Source: Eledone cirrhosa
Lineage: Eukaryota
Length of the DNA stretch: 64,000 nt
Assembly (NCBI GenBank): GCA_964016885.1
Contig: OZ024741.1
Coordinates: 227,478,001-227,542,000 of the forward strand
Direction of reading: 5' to 3'
Positions 13,139 to 27,445 of this stretch are shown here, in pieces. The notes below the pieces were generated by a model. It made no database searches, was not told the DNA's origin, and saw nothing but the letters and a program-made list of their open reading frames with translations. Position numbers and translations under genes: made by a program. The stretch's first letter is position 1. The number at the start of each line of letters is the position of its first letter.

Positions 13139-14989
13139 GCACACACACACACACACACACACGTATATGATAAGTATTTTTAGTAATGAATAAAATCTCG
13201 AACGCAGGAGTATATCTGCGAAAACAGCTTTAGAACAAGGGTAAACTACCCTAAATTACCCTAGAGACGGAAAAAGTGGCGAACAGACACTACTGGGAAT
13301 CGATCTTTGTACCTCTCAAATTCAAATATTTCACAGGCAAAATGAAAATATTTTTTTCAACAGAGTCATTTTAGAGGCGGGCTCAATAACTGTGAATATA
13401 ATTTTAGATTCTGAGTGATGATATATTGAACATAAAGATGGCTGAGACGTAAATCACTTACAATAAAAACTGACTAGGCATATTGAAATGATAAATTCAT
13501 ACATATATATATTTCTGTATGTATGTGTGGTGTATGTGTGTATGTGTGTGTGTATGTTTGTGTGTGTATATATGTGTGTACCTTTGTGTGTTTTACTCAA
13601 GGCACAAATTCGTATTTCTAACAATCTCAAATTGAAAATATATCGCATAATATCATGATTATCGGAAGACAGAAGAGGAGAATTGTAAGAGGGGCGTATG
13701 AATTATATACATACTTGTAAGGACGAAAATAAAAACTGGGAAAAATACGAATGTTACCGAAATATCGATAAATCTTATAGAACATTTCTGTTTGTAACAT
13801 ATTTCTTCGAGAACACTGAAATCTTCGAAATAGATTGCATAAATGTCATATGAAATTAACTTACAGGGATATGATGTTATATTAAAAAGAAATTACACGT
13901 TTTTCGCAAGCATAACGAAGATCTTCTTTGTGTAAAGCGTTCATTTCAACAGAGAGACTAATAAAAATGAAAATAAATTCAGGTTTCGGGGGTTAGCTTA
14001 TTGAAATATAAAAGTGAGTAACAGAAAAGACACTCGGAAATGAATATATATGTATATATATATTCTGTGGCAGGTGCAGTGGTATATTGATATTTATTAC
14101 AGCAACTACGGCGCTATTTAGGTACAATTGTTTCTCTGGTTGACTGTTTCAGGTCTCATGGAGACAAGCCCCAGATTTACAACCTATATTGACTCAATTT
14201 TTCCTTCAAACAGGAAAGAGATACAATAGAAAATGAGAATGTGTATGGAATATATAGAGAGGATGCTTCAGATATAGAGAGCGATAAAGAAAAAGTAATT
14301 TGGTAGTTGATAAGAGGGTTAGATAGATATAATCTCACAAAATTAAAGGCAGCTGAGTCTGGAAGTGCCCACATAAGAGAGGAGAAAATCTTAAAAGAAT
14401 GGGTTTCAAGAGAAGGGTGCATGTGGAAGAAATTAGGAGGTATCGGTGGTCACCGGGTGGAGTCCGCGGTGAAGGTATTTGGTGAAGGTAGAATTTTCTA
14501 GCTCTTCTCTCTCTCTCTCTCCCCCCTTCTCTCTCTCTATATATATATTGAAAAGGTGTGGTAAATACCAGTTCGGATCTAGCTGTCGAAACGGCGGAGC
14601 GCAGCCGTCGGGGTTCTGAATCTTTTCATATGCATATATAAATATAAATATATATATAGTGTACATGAATACTGGTGAACATACAGCGCATTACCGCCCC
14701 ACAAATTACACCAGGATATATACTTACACCCACGCACAAAAAAAAAAATGGCCAATGCCTATATATATAGTCTCGGTCCACAAACAACAACAAAAATATA
14801 TCGTTTGTTGCATCACCAGTCTGGGGAGCAGATCGATACTGGAGTTGGGTCCATAGCTCCTATGGGCCAACTTGAGCCAATCCTCTATGAAACGCGCGTA
14901 ACACGATACGCAATTAATATTTTTCATATGTACACGAAACTTCCTCATTTTTTCTCTCTCTCTATATATATATATATGTGTGTGTATGT

Positions 14990-15108
<119 letters not shown>

Positions 15109-15633
15109 TGTCTGTGACTATGTACCTGTGTTTTGATGCGTATACATCGCACCGAGTGATATATCTACAATACGTGTGGTTATCAAATTTTTATTCATAA
15201 TCTCGTTGTATCAGTCGAATTTGAAATACTGTAGTTGATTATTAACTTGGGATAATATGTTATTGAGACTTTATGTGACGGTCTGTCTGGCCAAGCTGGG
15301 CGACACTGAAATGAACAGGGACTTTCATATGCTAATTATATTTGATGGATATATAAGTCCGATAATGGAGATAGAAAGCGTGACAGCTGGAGACTCAGTG
15401 TGTTAGAGAGTATGAGGCAGATAGACAGAAAAGGAAAGTGAGATAGGAACAGTGTGGCAAAGATGGAGAGAAAGGAAGAGAAAGAGAGAAATGTAAAGAA
15501 GTCTATATCAATAAGGTTATTAACATTTGTGGCGAAGGAACGGATGTATTTTATGGCTTTATAACAATATAGAATACAAGCCTTGCGTTCTAACCATAAA
15601 GCAACAAACAAACACACACTCACATACACACAT

Positions 15634-15742
<109 letters not shown>

Positions 15743-16766
15743 GAAGAGAGAGAGAGAAGAAACAGAGAGAAGAGAGAGAGGGAGAAAGAAAGTGGAAGAG
15801 AGAGAAGAAAGAGAGAGAAGAGAGGGAGAGAGGGAGAGAGAGAGAGAGGGAGAAAGAGAGAGAGGGGGGGGAGAAACAAGAAGACAAGAGAGAGAGAGAG
15901 ACAGAGACAGACAGACGGAGATAGAGAGAGACAGGGTGATAGCTACATAGATATTGTTTTTTATTTTGGTGAGGTTTTCATCTTGAGGATTCATTAATAG
16001 ATGTTTCTGCAACCATTAGAATTCTTTTAATATACCCTAATGACGCCAATTATATCTCCGGCCACATATATCATTTTATGCAATCCACATAATGTACAAT
16101 CTGTCCGGCGAAACACGTGTACGAATTAATAAATTATGTAACTGCAGTTCCTGTTTTCACTTGTTGCCTCCGATCGTTTCTATATGTGTGTGTGTGTATG
16201 TGTGTGTGTGTGTGTGTGCGTGTGTGTGTGAGTGTGTGTCTGTGTGTGTGTGTATGTGTGTGTGTGTGTGAGTGTGTGTATGTGTGTGTGTATATGTGGG
16301 TGTCTTTGTGTGTGTGTGTGTGAATCCCGGGTTCAATCGGGGGTAACCACAGTAAGTAAGGTACTCAATACATTAGTTGAGTGTATACAAGAAATTTAAA
16401 ATAGAAATGGCTTTTACGTGACTACAACTGTTTCATCCGAAGCCCTTTCCTGAGGATTTCCTTCGAATGAAACATTTCTAGTCATGTAGAAGGTATTTCT
16501 ATATTTAATTTATTATACATATATATATATATATGCTTTTTACATTCATTTGATTTATTGATTTATTGATTTTTTATCTGAGTGTCCCGAATCTTCCAGA
16601 TCGCAACTTTTCGATCGTACGGTTGATTATAGACTTGTTCTATGTGTGACGGTATTTTAACGATAGTTATAGCTCTGATTTATCTAAATTATGGAGCCCT
16701 CTGCCGCTCATATCGAATTTTGTTTATCGTGAACTCGTGCGCCGATTTTTCGATACTCGATTATTC

Positions 16767-16808
<42 letters not shown>

Positions 16809-17354
16809 AATATATATATATATTTCTATGTATGTGTGTGTGTGTGTGTGTCGGGGTGGGGGTGTATGTATGTATATAATAAGTTGACGGAACTAGCATG
16901 GATTTTAATGCTAGGACCGGTTGCATCTCAGCGTACTCAATAGGTAAAGATAAATTAACTCCTAGAGTAGACACATAGTTATTTGCTTCAATACAAAGCA
17001 GGTAAAAGGGTGCCTTCAATTATTCCCGTACTCGAGTTTCGGCCACACTTAATGCAGCAATAGAGTACACAGCCTCCACTGTCCGCAAATATTATGCAAC
17101 AATGCACAATCGGTGCATGTGGCTTCAGTTTCGCCTAAACAATAACCAATCGATCAACAGAATTCGATTCCATTCCATTCCGTGTCGGCTATGACTGTAT
17201 GTTACGGCCAACACAATAAAACGCTAGTAACTGAAAGCTCTACGCGCCATCACAATGCCGTCCCCTGATTGGCTATCGATTTAGAAATTTACGTGATTGC
17301 AGGAGATGAAATTATATATATATATGTATACTTATATATATATATATATATATA

Positions 17355-18305
17355 AACGGAAAAAATTAAACGAAATTCTATTTCTCACTCTTAGTACGGC
17401 TGTTACTTAAATATAAGTATGTATACGTACATACATATATGCATACAGACGTACAGTAGTATGTATATATATATACATACATGCACACATATACATATGT
17501 ACGTATGGATTCACCGAACATTTATTATAATGCTCGGTGTGTTTGTAAACACATGATTGAACGTCTGAAAGTATATACTTTCCTTATGCATATTAACGGC
17601 TGAGTAGCCCAATTTGACAGTGTTGCCAGTGTTGAACAAACGAGCAACGATGGTTGCTAGACACTACGGATTAATACGGTATGTTTGTTTACAAACACAC
17701 CGAGCATTATAATAAATGTTCGGTGAATCCATACGTACATATATATATGTGTGCATGTATGTATATATATATATACATAATACTGTACGTCTGTATACAT
17801 ATATGTATGTACGTATACATACTTATATTTAAGTAACAGCCGTACTAAGAGTGGGAAATGAAATTTCGTTTCATTTTTTCCGTTTATCGTTTTCGGCGCA
17901 CCCGGCCGATTAACCCACTCGATATGCAAATTGGGCTACTCAGCCGTTAATATGCATAAGGAAAGTATATACTTTCAGACGTTCAATCATCTGGCAGGAT
18001 GGCATACATTGCTGACGATAGCTAATAAGCTTGAAACTAGTACAGCGTTCCTTTGTCAGTGTTGAACAAAGGAGCAACGATGGTTGCTAGACACTACGGC
18101 TTAATACGGGATGTTTGTTTACAAACACACCGAGCATTATAATAAATGTTCGGTGAATCCATACGTACATATATATATGTGTGCATGTATGTATATATAT
18201 ATACATACTACTGTACATCGGTATACATATATGTATGTACGTATACATACTTATATTTAAGTAACAGCCGTACTAAGAGTGAGAAATGGAATTTCATTTT
18301 TTCCA
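17355..18305. mobile_element. ~420-430 bp non-coding HHR tandem-repeat family (retrozyme-like), locus 1
   Basis: 1.6 tandem units 17625-18305 plus inverted partial copy 17355-17615; same family at 40395-41482 and 57057-57715. Confidence 0.85.
18006..18048 (+). ncRNA. Minimal HHR
   Basis: ACATTG-CTGACGA-T-AGCT(AATA)AGCT-T-GAAA-CTAG-TA-CAGCGT; palindromic stem III ACTAGT. Confidence 0.8.
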
Positions 18306-18499
18306 TATATATATATATATATGCGGAAACATCTATCATCTACAGTTGAGAGCTGATGAAGGGTTTTTTCTCTTGTTTCGTTCCTATTACCATCTCGAAC
18401 TTTATTTACAGTAACTACACAGCCTGCTTCGTTTCTTGTAATTTTGTATATATATATATACATATATATGTATGGTATGTATATATATATATATATATA

Positions 18500-18790
18500 T
18501 AGGTATTAGGATGGGTGCTCTGAAATAGCGATGTAGACGTGAATGTATGTATAGTATATTTGGCAATATACCGTATGCTTAATTAAAAACAGTTTGAAGA
18601 CCATACGCTATCAGTTTTAAAGTAGTGACTATATCACTTACTTCTTTTCTCCGGCGAAAGAAGGGAGAGAAGCTAACAAACTGTCTGTTACTGGCGATCA
18701 TCAGAGCAACGTACTCCCCGCTTTCGCCGAAGATTATAGAAGCTGGATTCTTATAGAATTCCATTAATAATCAGGAGCTGATTATACAGA
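18500..18790 (-). mobile_element. HHR-family repeat with degraded core; homologues 22238-22500 and 41735-42180
   Basis: Shared AAAGTAGTGACTATRTCACTTACTTC block; CTGATGA retained, GAAA lost. Confidence 0.65.
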
Positions 18791-18816
18791 GCGATATATC
18801 TATATCTATCTATCTA

Positions 18817-18899
<83 letters not shown>

Positions 18900-19260
18900 G
18901 TATATATTGCATAATATAGTGTATTCTGTTATCATCCTTATTTACCTACAACCAGCCAGCCAGAAATGTTTTACATCCTGATGATGTGTCTCTGAGAGTC
19001 TCATGTAATTTATTTAGGTACTCTAATATTCCAAACTACCTTATCCATCTGTTTATTTTAATATACCAATAAAAGCTTAATGCAATAAAACATTTAAAAC
19101 TAGAACATAATCGTGTTTTTAATAAATGTCCAGAAGAATGCCTGCCCCGCATATATATGTAAATATATATATATAAGTAAATAAATAAATATATATATAT
19201 ATAACTTATATATATATATACACATATATATATATATAATAAATATATATATATATAACT

Positions 19261-19298
<38 letters not shown>

Positions 19299-19328
19299 AG
19301 TTTAGGAATAACCAAAGAGTGTTTTATT

Positions 19329-19375
19329 AGCTAACAGTGTTTCATCCATAACCTATGGCAGGAATCATCAGAGCC
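19329..19375 (-). ncRNA. Type I HHR
   Basis: GGCT-CTGATGA-TTCCTG-CCATA(GGT)TATGG-AT-GAAA-CACTG-TT-AGCT. Confidence 0.7.
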
Positions 19376-21164
19376 TATAAACAAAAATATATCATAGGTT
19401 GCAGGCTCCATCAAGCTCAGTCACCAGAACAAGGATAAAGGGGGTCCCAAGGCCAGCGCCATATAGAAAAACACGCAATACATGACGCACATAATGTCAT
19501 AAAATGCCATAAAAAATTATATCAAAATGTATCACATACATGATGCAATAGATGATAAGGAGGTTGATACATCAGTTCACAAGCAGTGCAGATACAGGAT
19601 GTACAGGCAGAGTATGAGAGCTTGCAAGCATGAGTCCGTGAAAAGAAGAGTTGGTTAGCTGTGGTGCAGCTTTACATGTAGGATTGTCTATAGGAAGGAT
19701 GGTGCACTCCAGTCATATCGCCTTGTGCACTCCAGTCATATCGATTTCTCCATATCATACCAACACCCTCCATCCATTGGTTCCAGTTCCAAGAGTTAGG
19801 CGATATAATACTATGTCTCCAAAACATATACCCAGAGGATTTCTCCGCATAGGCAGTCTGTAATAAACACCTTAAATCTAAATTAAAGTAAAGTACGATG
19901 AAGGGAAGTAAAGTAGGGTACATGTACAGCCGGGACTCCAGTGAAGAAAGTGAAAACAAGGCAGGTCCGCAATATCTGCTACCTCCCAAAGTCCTCACGT
20001 TCGGTCACGCAACCCAACGTCCCAAGTGAAATACACTGTATGGCCGAGTCGGCATCGAACTAAAGTGCCATACCATATGCAAATATACCACAGTAAATGT
20101 TATTCGTGATGGCTGGTCAGTAGCGTAGACAGAAAGTGTATATAGAAAACTCCGCTCATGGAATTACCTACGGCAGAGTGAAGGGAAAGCAGTTATGATT
20201 ACATTATTAAGCGGGTGAGTGCAACATTTCTGTTGTGTGCAGATACTGCAGAATATATAGTAAACTCACGGCTAAAACTGTTAATGACAACTATGTTGTT
20301 TACATGTCCACCACGTGGTTTTCGTGTAGATTACTGAATCCGGAGGTTGTAATCCTTTCACAGTCGGGTATAACCCTTCCTGGGTCGGCTGGGAGTCAGT
20401 ATCAACCGTCGCATACTGCCTTGTTCTATAAGTCATCATATATGCAGCACAATTCATATTCTACAATTTCAAAGGTTACCCTCTCGCTAGTAACACAACG
20501 GTTGTCAGAATACAAACTCAGGAAGTCGTTGTGCTTATGAAAAGTATGGGAGGCAATTCGCGTCATAAAGGGCAGATTCATTAGATATCCCCGGGACGCT
20601 TGGGGCAAATCATTTGTTCGATTCAAACCCTTCAGCGACCAATTACCCATTCCCTCTGGAGTTTGATCGATCCTGTGGCACTTAGTCTACTCGATTTGCT
20701 CATATTGTTCGCTATACTATGTTGGATCTATCTCGCACCCTAAGGTCAAGGCTATCTGGACCCCAGATGTTCAAGCCATCCGCCTTATAGCTGCGGCGGA
20801 GTTTGTTGGGCTTTCGACAAACTATTTGTCTGTGCTATCAGTTAGCGCACAGTGGGTATGTTTATAAATCATATCCCTTTGGTTAGTGTGGGTAGGTGCC
20901 TGTATAGGGTCAAACTGTGCTTGGTATAGTGAAAAGCCTTAGGTAGGTTGTACTCTATGGGTTATTGGCTTGTGGTAAAAAGATGAATTAAGGAAAAGAG
21001 GAAGAAAAAGTAAGAGAGAAGGGAAGAGAGAAATAAAACAGGAGAGGGCAGTAATGGTTAAAGAGGAACCAGGATCAAGGGTGGCGTGGTTATACGGAGG
21101 CCTGATAGGAGGGAGGTGTGCATGTCCTACAGCGTTAGCTAATTGGTCTAAAGTAACAGAAGGA

Positions 21165-21890
21165 GCAAAGATTTATGTGCGGGCAAGAAGAGAATATTTC
21201 CGATTTCCTATTTAGCAGGTTCAGTTTGGACTATATTATGGCGTGTGACTCAGAGAGACAAAGGTCATAAGTCTTGCCAGGGGGTCTGTACTGCGATGAT
21301 TTAGTGATAATTCTCCAATCAAGCGTGTATTGAATATTGGTGTTCTTCAGGAGGGATATGTAACTAGCTAGGGATGTGGTATTCTTAAGTCTATCATGTC
21401 TAAACGTAAAGCGATGGGAGTTGTATCTAGTCTTAAAAGAGGTCGATGTAGATCCTATATATGTTTTGGAAGAGGTCCGAGTTGTAACTTCACAAACGTA
21501 GACAATATTGTTTATAAAGCATAGCCCCTTCAGGGGGCACTCCGCCTTTCGTCTGCAATTACATTTGCGGTGTATGTCACTCTGCGGTACATGAGATGGT
21601 TGGTTTTCCGCATGTCCCTGATTTGGCAACCTTACATTAGATGTGTAGATAGTACTGCTGGGTAACGCCGCATCTAGTGGTTGCGGGTGTCCCGCAGATG
21701 CAATGGTATCGAAACCCTTTCTAATTTTTATGTTGTTCGTTAGGGCTAGGTGACGAGCTAGATTTGGAGTGCTGGAGAATGAAAGGTTAACTGTGTTTTA
21801 ATGATGCTATGGTATATTGGTTGATACCTCCGAGTTGTAAGGTGGATTAAAGTAGGAATTAGATCTTCGTCTATTTTTCGTACTGGGGGA
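21165..21890 (-). pseudogene. PLE RT C-terminus + GIY-YIG endonuclease fragment
   Basis: YFNPPYNSEVSTNI; CNCRRKAECPLKGLC..IVYVCEV..TYIGSTSTSFKTRYNSH; LCLSE..I*..LLNRKSEIFSSCPH. Confidence 0.85.
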
Positions 21891-21928
21891 AGAGTTAGCA
21901 CCGCTAACTATATATATATACACATACA

Positions 21929-21995
<67 letters not shown>

Positions 21996-22328
21996 ATATG
22001 TGTGTGTGTCTTATGGTAGATAAGATGCTTCCATAGGCAGTATGCCGATTGAGCACTCTATGTTCTTACAGAGCAGAGTTTGATCGCGTCTCGAGCTGTC
22101 CGCCGACGAAACAATTGTAACACACAATAAATTGAGTTCAGATGCATCACTGATTTCTCGTTTTCTATTCTATGTATATATATATGAATATATATTCTAT
22201 ATATATGAATATATATTCTATATATATGAATATATATATAGTATATTTGGCAATATACTGTATGCGGTATTATTTTAAAGTAGTGACTATGTCACTTACT
22301 TCTTTTTTCAACAAACAAAGGGAGATAG

Positions 22329-22368
22329 GCTGATAGATCTGTTTCATACTGTTGGTAATCATCAGAGC
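22329..22368 (-). ncRNA. HHR (family of 42000-42051)
   Basis: GCT-CTGATGA-TTAC(CAACA)GTAT-GAAA-CAGATCTA-TC-AGC. Confidence 0.65.
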
Positions 22369-22637
22369 ATAGCAGTCACTACTTTAAAATAATAGCGCAA
22401 GGTCTTCAAAAGGTTTTTAATTAAGCATACAGTATATTGCCAAATATACTATATATATATGCATGTAAACATCGCTATTTCAGAGCACCAAATCTAATAT
22501 ATATATATATATGTGAAGATAGACATAGAATATTCGAAAATATTCTGTATGTTTATAATAAACATTTTGAAGACCTAATCGCTATAGAATAGAATACGTC
22601 ACGTATTACAATTAGATTCTCGATAAAAGCAAGGGAA

Positions 22638-22680
22638 GTAATCTACGCGTTTCATTCTTATTAGAAATCTTCAGGACCAC
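22638..22680 (-). ncRNA. Minimal HHR
   Basis: GTGGTC-CTGAAGA-T-TTCT(AATA)AGAA-T-GAAA-CGCG-TA-GATTAC; palindromic stem III ACGCGT. Confidence 0.8.
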
Positions 22681-22835
22681 ATATCCAGTGCTTCCATCGA
22701 GAATGACACAGCTAGAGACTTATAGAATACTTAGCTGTGTACAGGAACTGGTTTGAAAGAGCGGTTGCCGGTCCGGCAGAAATTATATATATATATATAT
22801 ATATATACATATGTATATATATATATGTATATATG

Positions 22836-22943
<108 letters not shown>

Positions 22944-23434
22944 GTAAATATATATACATATATATATATATATACACTTTTACTCTTTTACCTGTTCCAG
23001 CCATCCGGCTGAGGCCATGCTGGGGTTGTTTTGTGAGGTTTTTGATATGAAATCGTGTGTCGAAACAAATATTATTATACTTGGGGAGGGTATTGTAATA
23101 ATATTGCCAGAATTAATAACAGAACACACTCACTGTTTGGTTGGTTTTCGCTTCTGTATCTTTTATATCAGTTAATTCATTCGGTCCTCAATGTTTACCA
23201 TTGACTGACCAACGGTCAAAAATACAGATATAATATAGATATAAACATATATATATAGTCTAACAAAGTTCTTTCATTGCAGATCTGCTACATCGTCAGT
23301 GGTTATTTATTAAAATAACAGATTCAAGTTTAAGCAAAAAATCGCTGCTTTCACCCTTAACGGTTCTTATATATTTGATAAATATTTATCCTATCAAGCC
23401 CTCTTCAAAAATGCATTATTATTACTATATATAT

Positions 23435-23555
23435 TACGATCTGAGTTCAAATCCCGCCGAGGTTGACTTTGCCTTTCATCCTTACGGGGTCGATAAAATA
23501 AAGTACCAGTAATGCACTGGGTAATTGCTGACCTTGTGCCTAAAGTAGAAACTTT
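23435..23555 (+). mobile_element. tRNA-derived SINE fragment
   Basis: Matches 48011-48200. Confidence 0.85.
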
Positions 23556-23616
23556 TATTACTATATATATATATATATACTTGTATATATATATATACGT
23601 GTATATATACATATAC

Positions 23617-23736
<120 letters not shown>

Positions 23737-23783
23737 GACGTAAATAAGAAAATTATGAAAATCGACTTACTTACTAAAATTTC

Positions 23784-23864
23784 ACTCCAACTAATTAGTT
23801 TCTGTAAGGGAATAAATATGGTTACGGATCGTACCCACAGAGAAACCTTACGTTATCAGGGAGT
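23784..23864 (-). ncRNA. HHR with extended stem II, core CTGATAA (G8A)
   Basis: Family of 3188 and 8894; stem II base GTAAGG/CCTTAC. Confidence 0.6.
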
Positions 23865-24331
23865 CTATTCTCAGCTAAGCTCCCAGGCAATGCGAGGACA
23901 CTGGGAACTTATATAAAAATAATTTTTTATATAATGGTTTTGTGTGTTTTAATATGATAGCCTCAGAAAAGGCTTGAGCTCTGCCGTAGAGTCAGGCTTT
24001 TTCCTATGTGTGTGTGTGTGTATATATACGTTTTTGTATGTGTGTTTGTATATCTGTGGTTGGGGCTTTTTTGTGTTTGTGTGTATGTATATATATATTT
24101 ATGTGTGTGTATATGTATATATGTATAAGGGTGTATGTATGTGTATCATTATATATAGTGATCTGATGATTATTTTCATTGATCTTTTGCTCCATGAACT
24201 TGTTGAGTGCTCTAGGTCTGCTATGGGCATTTATACCCTTTTCTAAATATATATATATTTTTATTTATTATTTGTCATATTCCAAATTTTTTTTATATAT
24301 AAAATATTTATTTTATAATATTCATGTTCTT

Positions 24332-24383
<52 letters not shown>

Positions 24384-24467
24384 AATTAATATATCTACCG
24401 ACATATGCAATCAGATGCATACCTACGCTAGCAGATATATATGTTTTGACTTAGTAACTTTGTAGTT

Positions 24468-24509
<42 letters not shown>

Positions 24510-24799
24510 AGTTATATATGTATATGTATGTGTATGTGTGTGTACGTATGCATACGTATGTGTATGTATATATGTGTGTGTAGGTATATATGTGTATGTT
24601 AGTAAGTATGTATGTGTATGTATGTGTATGTGTATATATATATATATATATATGTATATTTTAGAGTTAAATAAGGTTCATATGAATTATCTAAGAATGA
24701 GTTTTACACACATATATATATATATGTGTGTGTTTGTATTTGGTTGTGCGTGTTTGTGATATGTACGTATTTGTATGTGTATAATTATATGGCTATGTA

Positions 24800-24852
<53 letters not shown>

Positions 24853-25282
24853 ATGTATATGTGTGTGTATATATGTATATATGTGTGTGTGTGTGTATGT
24901 GTTTGTGTATGCGTATGTATGTGTTTATGTATTTGTATATGTATATTTATGTGTGAGAGTGTGTGTATGTATTTATTTTTACGTATGTATGTGTACGTGC
25001 ATTTGTGTGCATTGCTTGCCACGTGTGTTTGTTCATTTATTTGTTGCCTGTATCGCTGTCAACTTTATAATAGTCTTTATTTTCTTTTATTATTTTATAT
25101 ATATTTTTTCTTATATTTATTTGCATATGTGAATATATAGAGGTGTGTGTATATTTTTCTAATTTTGTGCATGCATATGTATGCATTTATGTATGTGTAT
25201 GTATGTACGTGTGTATATACGTATGATTGTGTGTATGTATGTATATGTATGTGTGTGTGGATATGTATGTGTATGTGTATGC

Positions 25283-25316
<34 letters not shown>

Positions 25317-25647
25317 TTCTATTTCTATATATATATATGTGTATATATGTGTGTGTGATTGTATATATGTATGTGTATGTATGGATATGTTGATATTTAT
25401 GTGTGTATGTATCTATGTGTATATCTATGTGTATATATATACACATATATATATGTGTCTATGTGTGTGTGTATGTATGAGTGTATGTATATATATATGT
25501 GTGTGTATGTATATAATTGTGTGTGTGTGTGTTTGCATGTGTGTTTTTATTTTATTTTTCCTTTCCTTCTTCCTCCTCCAGCCTCACTTTCATATAGATT
25601 GCATTTTTGTTTTTAGAATCCAATATCAATAAATACACCAGGATTTT

Positions 25648-25706
25648 TTCATTCTGATGATTGAAAACAAAATTTTTTGCTTTTAAGAAACCACTGGTAA
25701 ATGGAA
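25648..25706 (+). ncRNA. Type I HHR
   Basis: TTCATT-CTGATGA-TTGAAAACAAAA..TTTTGCTTTTAA-GAAA-CCACTGG-TA-AATGGA. Confidence 0.7.
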
Positions 25707-25874
25707 TAATTGCCTTATGTTGTTTATTACATAAATATATATATATATATAAATTTGTCCATTTCAAAATAGAATTATTTTATACGTCAAATATGGTATC
25801 TTTCAATAAAATACAAGGCCATGTTTTTGCTGGAGATGGACCTAGTTACTTAAATTGAATTTAGTGGCTTACTT

Positions 25875-26265
25875 GGTAGTCATTTTCAACATTTAAAACT
25901 GTACATTTTAATTGAGTTGATCTCTGATTGTAACCAGCTGTCTTATTTCTGGATATGATTATCTTAGCAGACTGGATTCGGATTAAGAAGCTTTATATCT
26001 AAACTAATGGTAATAAGGGTTTCTAATTTAGGCACAAGGCCAGCAAATACCCCGAAGTGAATTACTGGTACTTTATTTTGCACTGGGGTAATTGTTGGCC
26101 TTGTGCCAAAAGTAGAAACAATTATTATCATTAGTTTAGACATAAAGCTTCTTAATCCGAATCCAGTCTGCTAAGATAAACATATCCAGAAATAAGACAG
26201 CTGGTTACAATCAGAGATCAAATCAATTAAAATATACAGTTTTAAATGTTGAAAATGACTACCAA
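25875..26265. repeat. Fold-back inverted duplication centred on two opposed SINE 3' fragments
   Basis: 25875-26012 is a near-perfect reverse complement of 26128-26265. Confidence 0.8.
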
Positions 26266-26554
26266 CTACTAATGGTAATAATGGTTTCTAATTTAGGCAC
26301 AAGGCCTTTGTGTGGTGGTGCAGGAGGCATTATCAATGACACCAGTACTCCACTGATACTTTATTTTATCAACCTCAGAAGGATGAAATTTGATCTTGGC
26401 AGGATTTGAACTTGAAACAAATAATGTAAAATGTTTGGAATTCTAAACATCAGAGTAATGTAAAGTTGTTATGCATAAGTGTATATTATATATAGATGGA
26501 TATGGTAATATAATTATTATTAAATATTAATAATTTCTAATTAATATTATTAAT

Positions 26555-26725
26555 CGATAGAGCGTCAGACACCGTGCTTTGCAGCAAAGAGTTATGGCTG
26601 TTTACGTTCAGAGTTCAAATCCCGCTGAGGTTAACTTTACCTTTCATCCTTACGGGGTCGATAAAATAAAGCACCAGTAATGCACTGGGGTAATTGCTGG
26701 CCTTGTGCCAAAAGTAGAAATAATT
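26555..26725 (+). mobile_element. tRNA-derived SINE (diverged relatives on minus strand at ~26285-26420 and ~28545-28765)
   Basis: B box and shared core. Confidence 0.8.
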
Positions 26726-26856
26726 ATTAATTAAAAATAAAGGACACAATCTTACTTTGACAAAGTCTTTTTCTCTTATTGATAAATAAAAGTGATAGTG
26801 GTAGTATAAAATATACAAAAGTAATATTTGGATATATCTTTGAATGATTTTAGTCA

Positions 26857-27200
26857 TCATCATCATCATCATCATCACCGTTTAACGTCCATTTTCGATG
26901 CTAGCCTGGGTTAGACGAGCTGTCCTGTTGTGAGACAAACCAGGTTGGATGACTGTGTCTTACTCATATAGAACTGATTTTGGTTTGGTTTCTATGGCTG
27001 GATACCCTTTCTAATGCCAACCACATTTATAGTGTGTACTGGGTGTTTTTGTTGTGAAACTTACATTACCACTTTACAATGTGGTCTGGGAATTTTTATT
27101 GTGACACCTACACGACCGCTTTACAGTGTGGACAGGGCGCTTTTTGTCATGGCACCAAAATGACAACTTTACAGTGTGGTTTGGGGACTTGGGTGGGCGA
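26857..27200 (-). mobile_element. SINE-like repeat with (GAT)n tail; copies ~28998-29290, 32758-33090 and opposite orientation 31960-32062
   Basis: Shared CATCAT..TTTAACGTCC..GCTAGCATGGG..GGCTGGATGCCCT and TTTACAGTGTG subrepeats. Confidence 0.65.
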
Positions 27201-27358
27201 GATGCATTGGGATTCAGTATAAAAAAAAAAATTAGTATGAGCTTTGACATGGAAAAGACAAGACTTCGAGTACAAGCAATAAATTTTACACAAAAAATGT
27301 AGAAAAACGCACAAAGAAAAACATACATATATACAAACATATATACACACACATAGGC

Positions 27359-27399
<41 letters not shown>

Positions 27400-27445
27400 T
27401 TTACATACACACACCCTACCACCCCACAACACAGTAAAATCTTAC

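Larger units (their letters stand above)
19310..21908 (-). mobile_element. 5'-truncated Penelope-like element (Naiad/Neptune-type), long 3' region ending in an HHR
   Basis: Microsatellite-free 2.6 kb block between (TA)n tracts; GIY-YIG at one end, HHR at the other. Confidence 0.7.

Noticed and set aside
18974-19020. CTGATGA plus hairpin followed by GTAA
   Set aside because: GAAA mutated and stem I only 3 bp; not counted as an HHR
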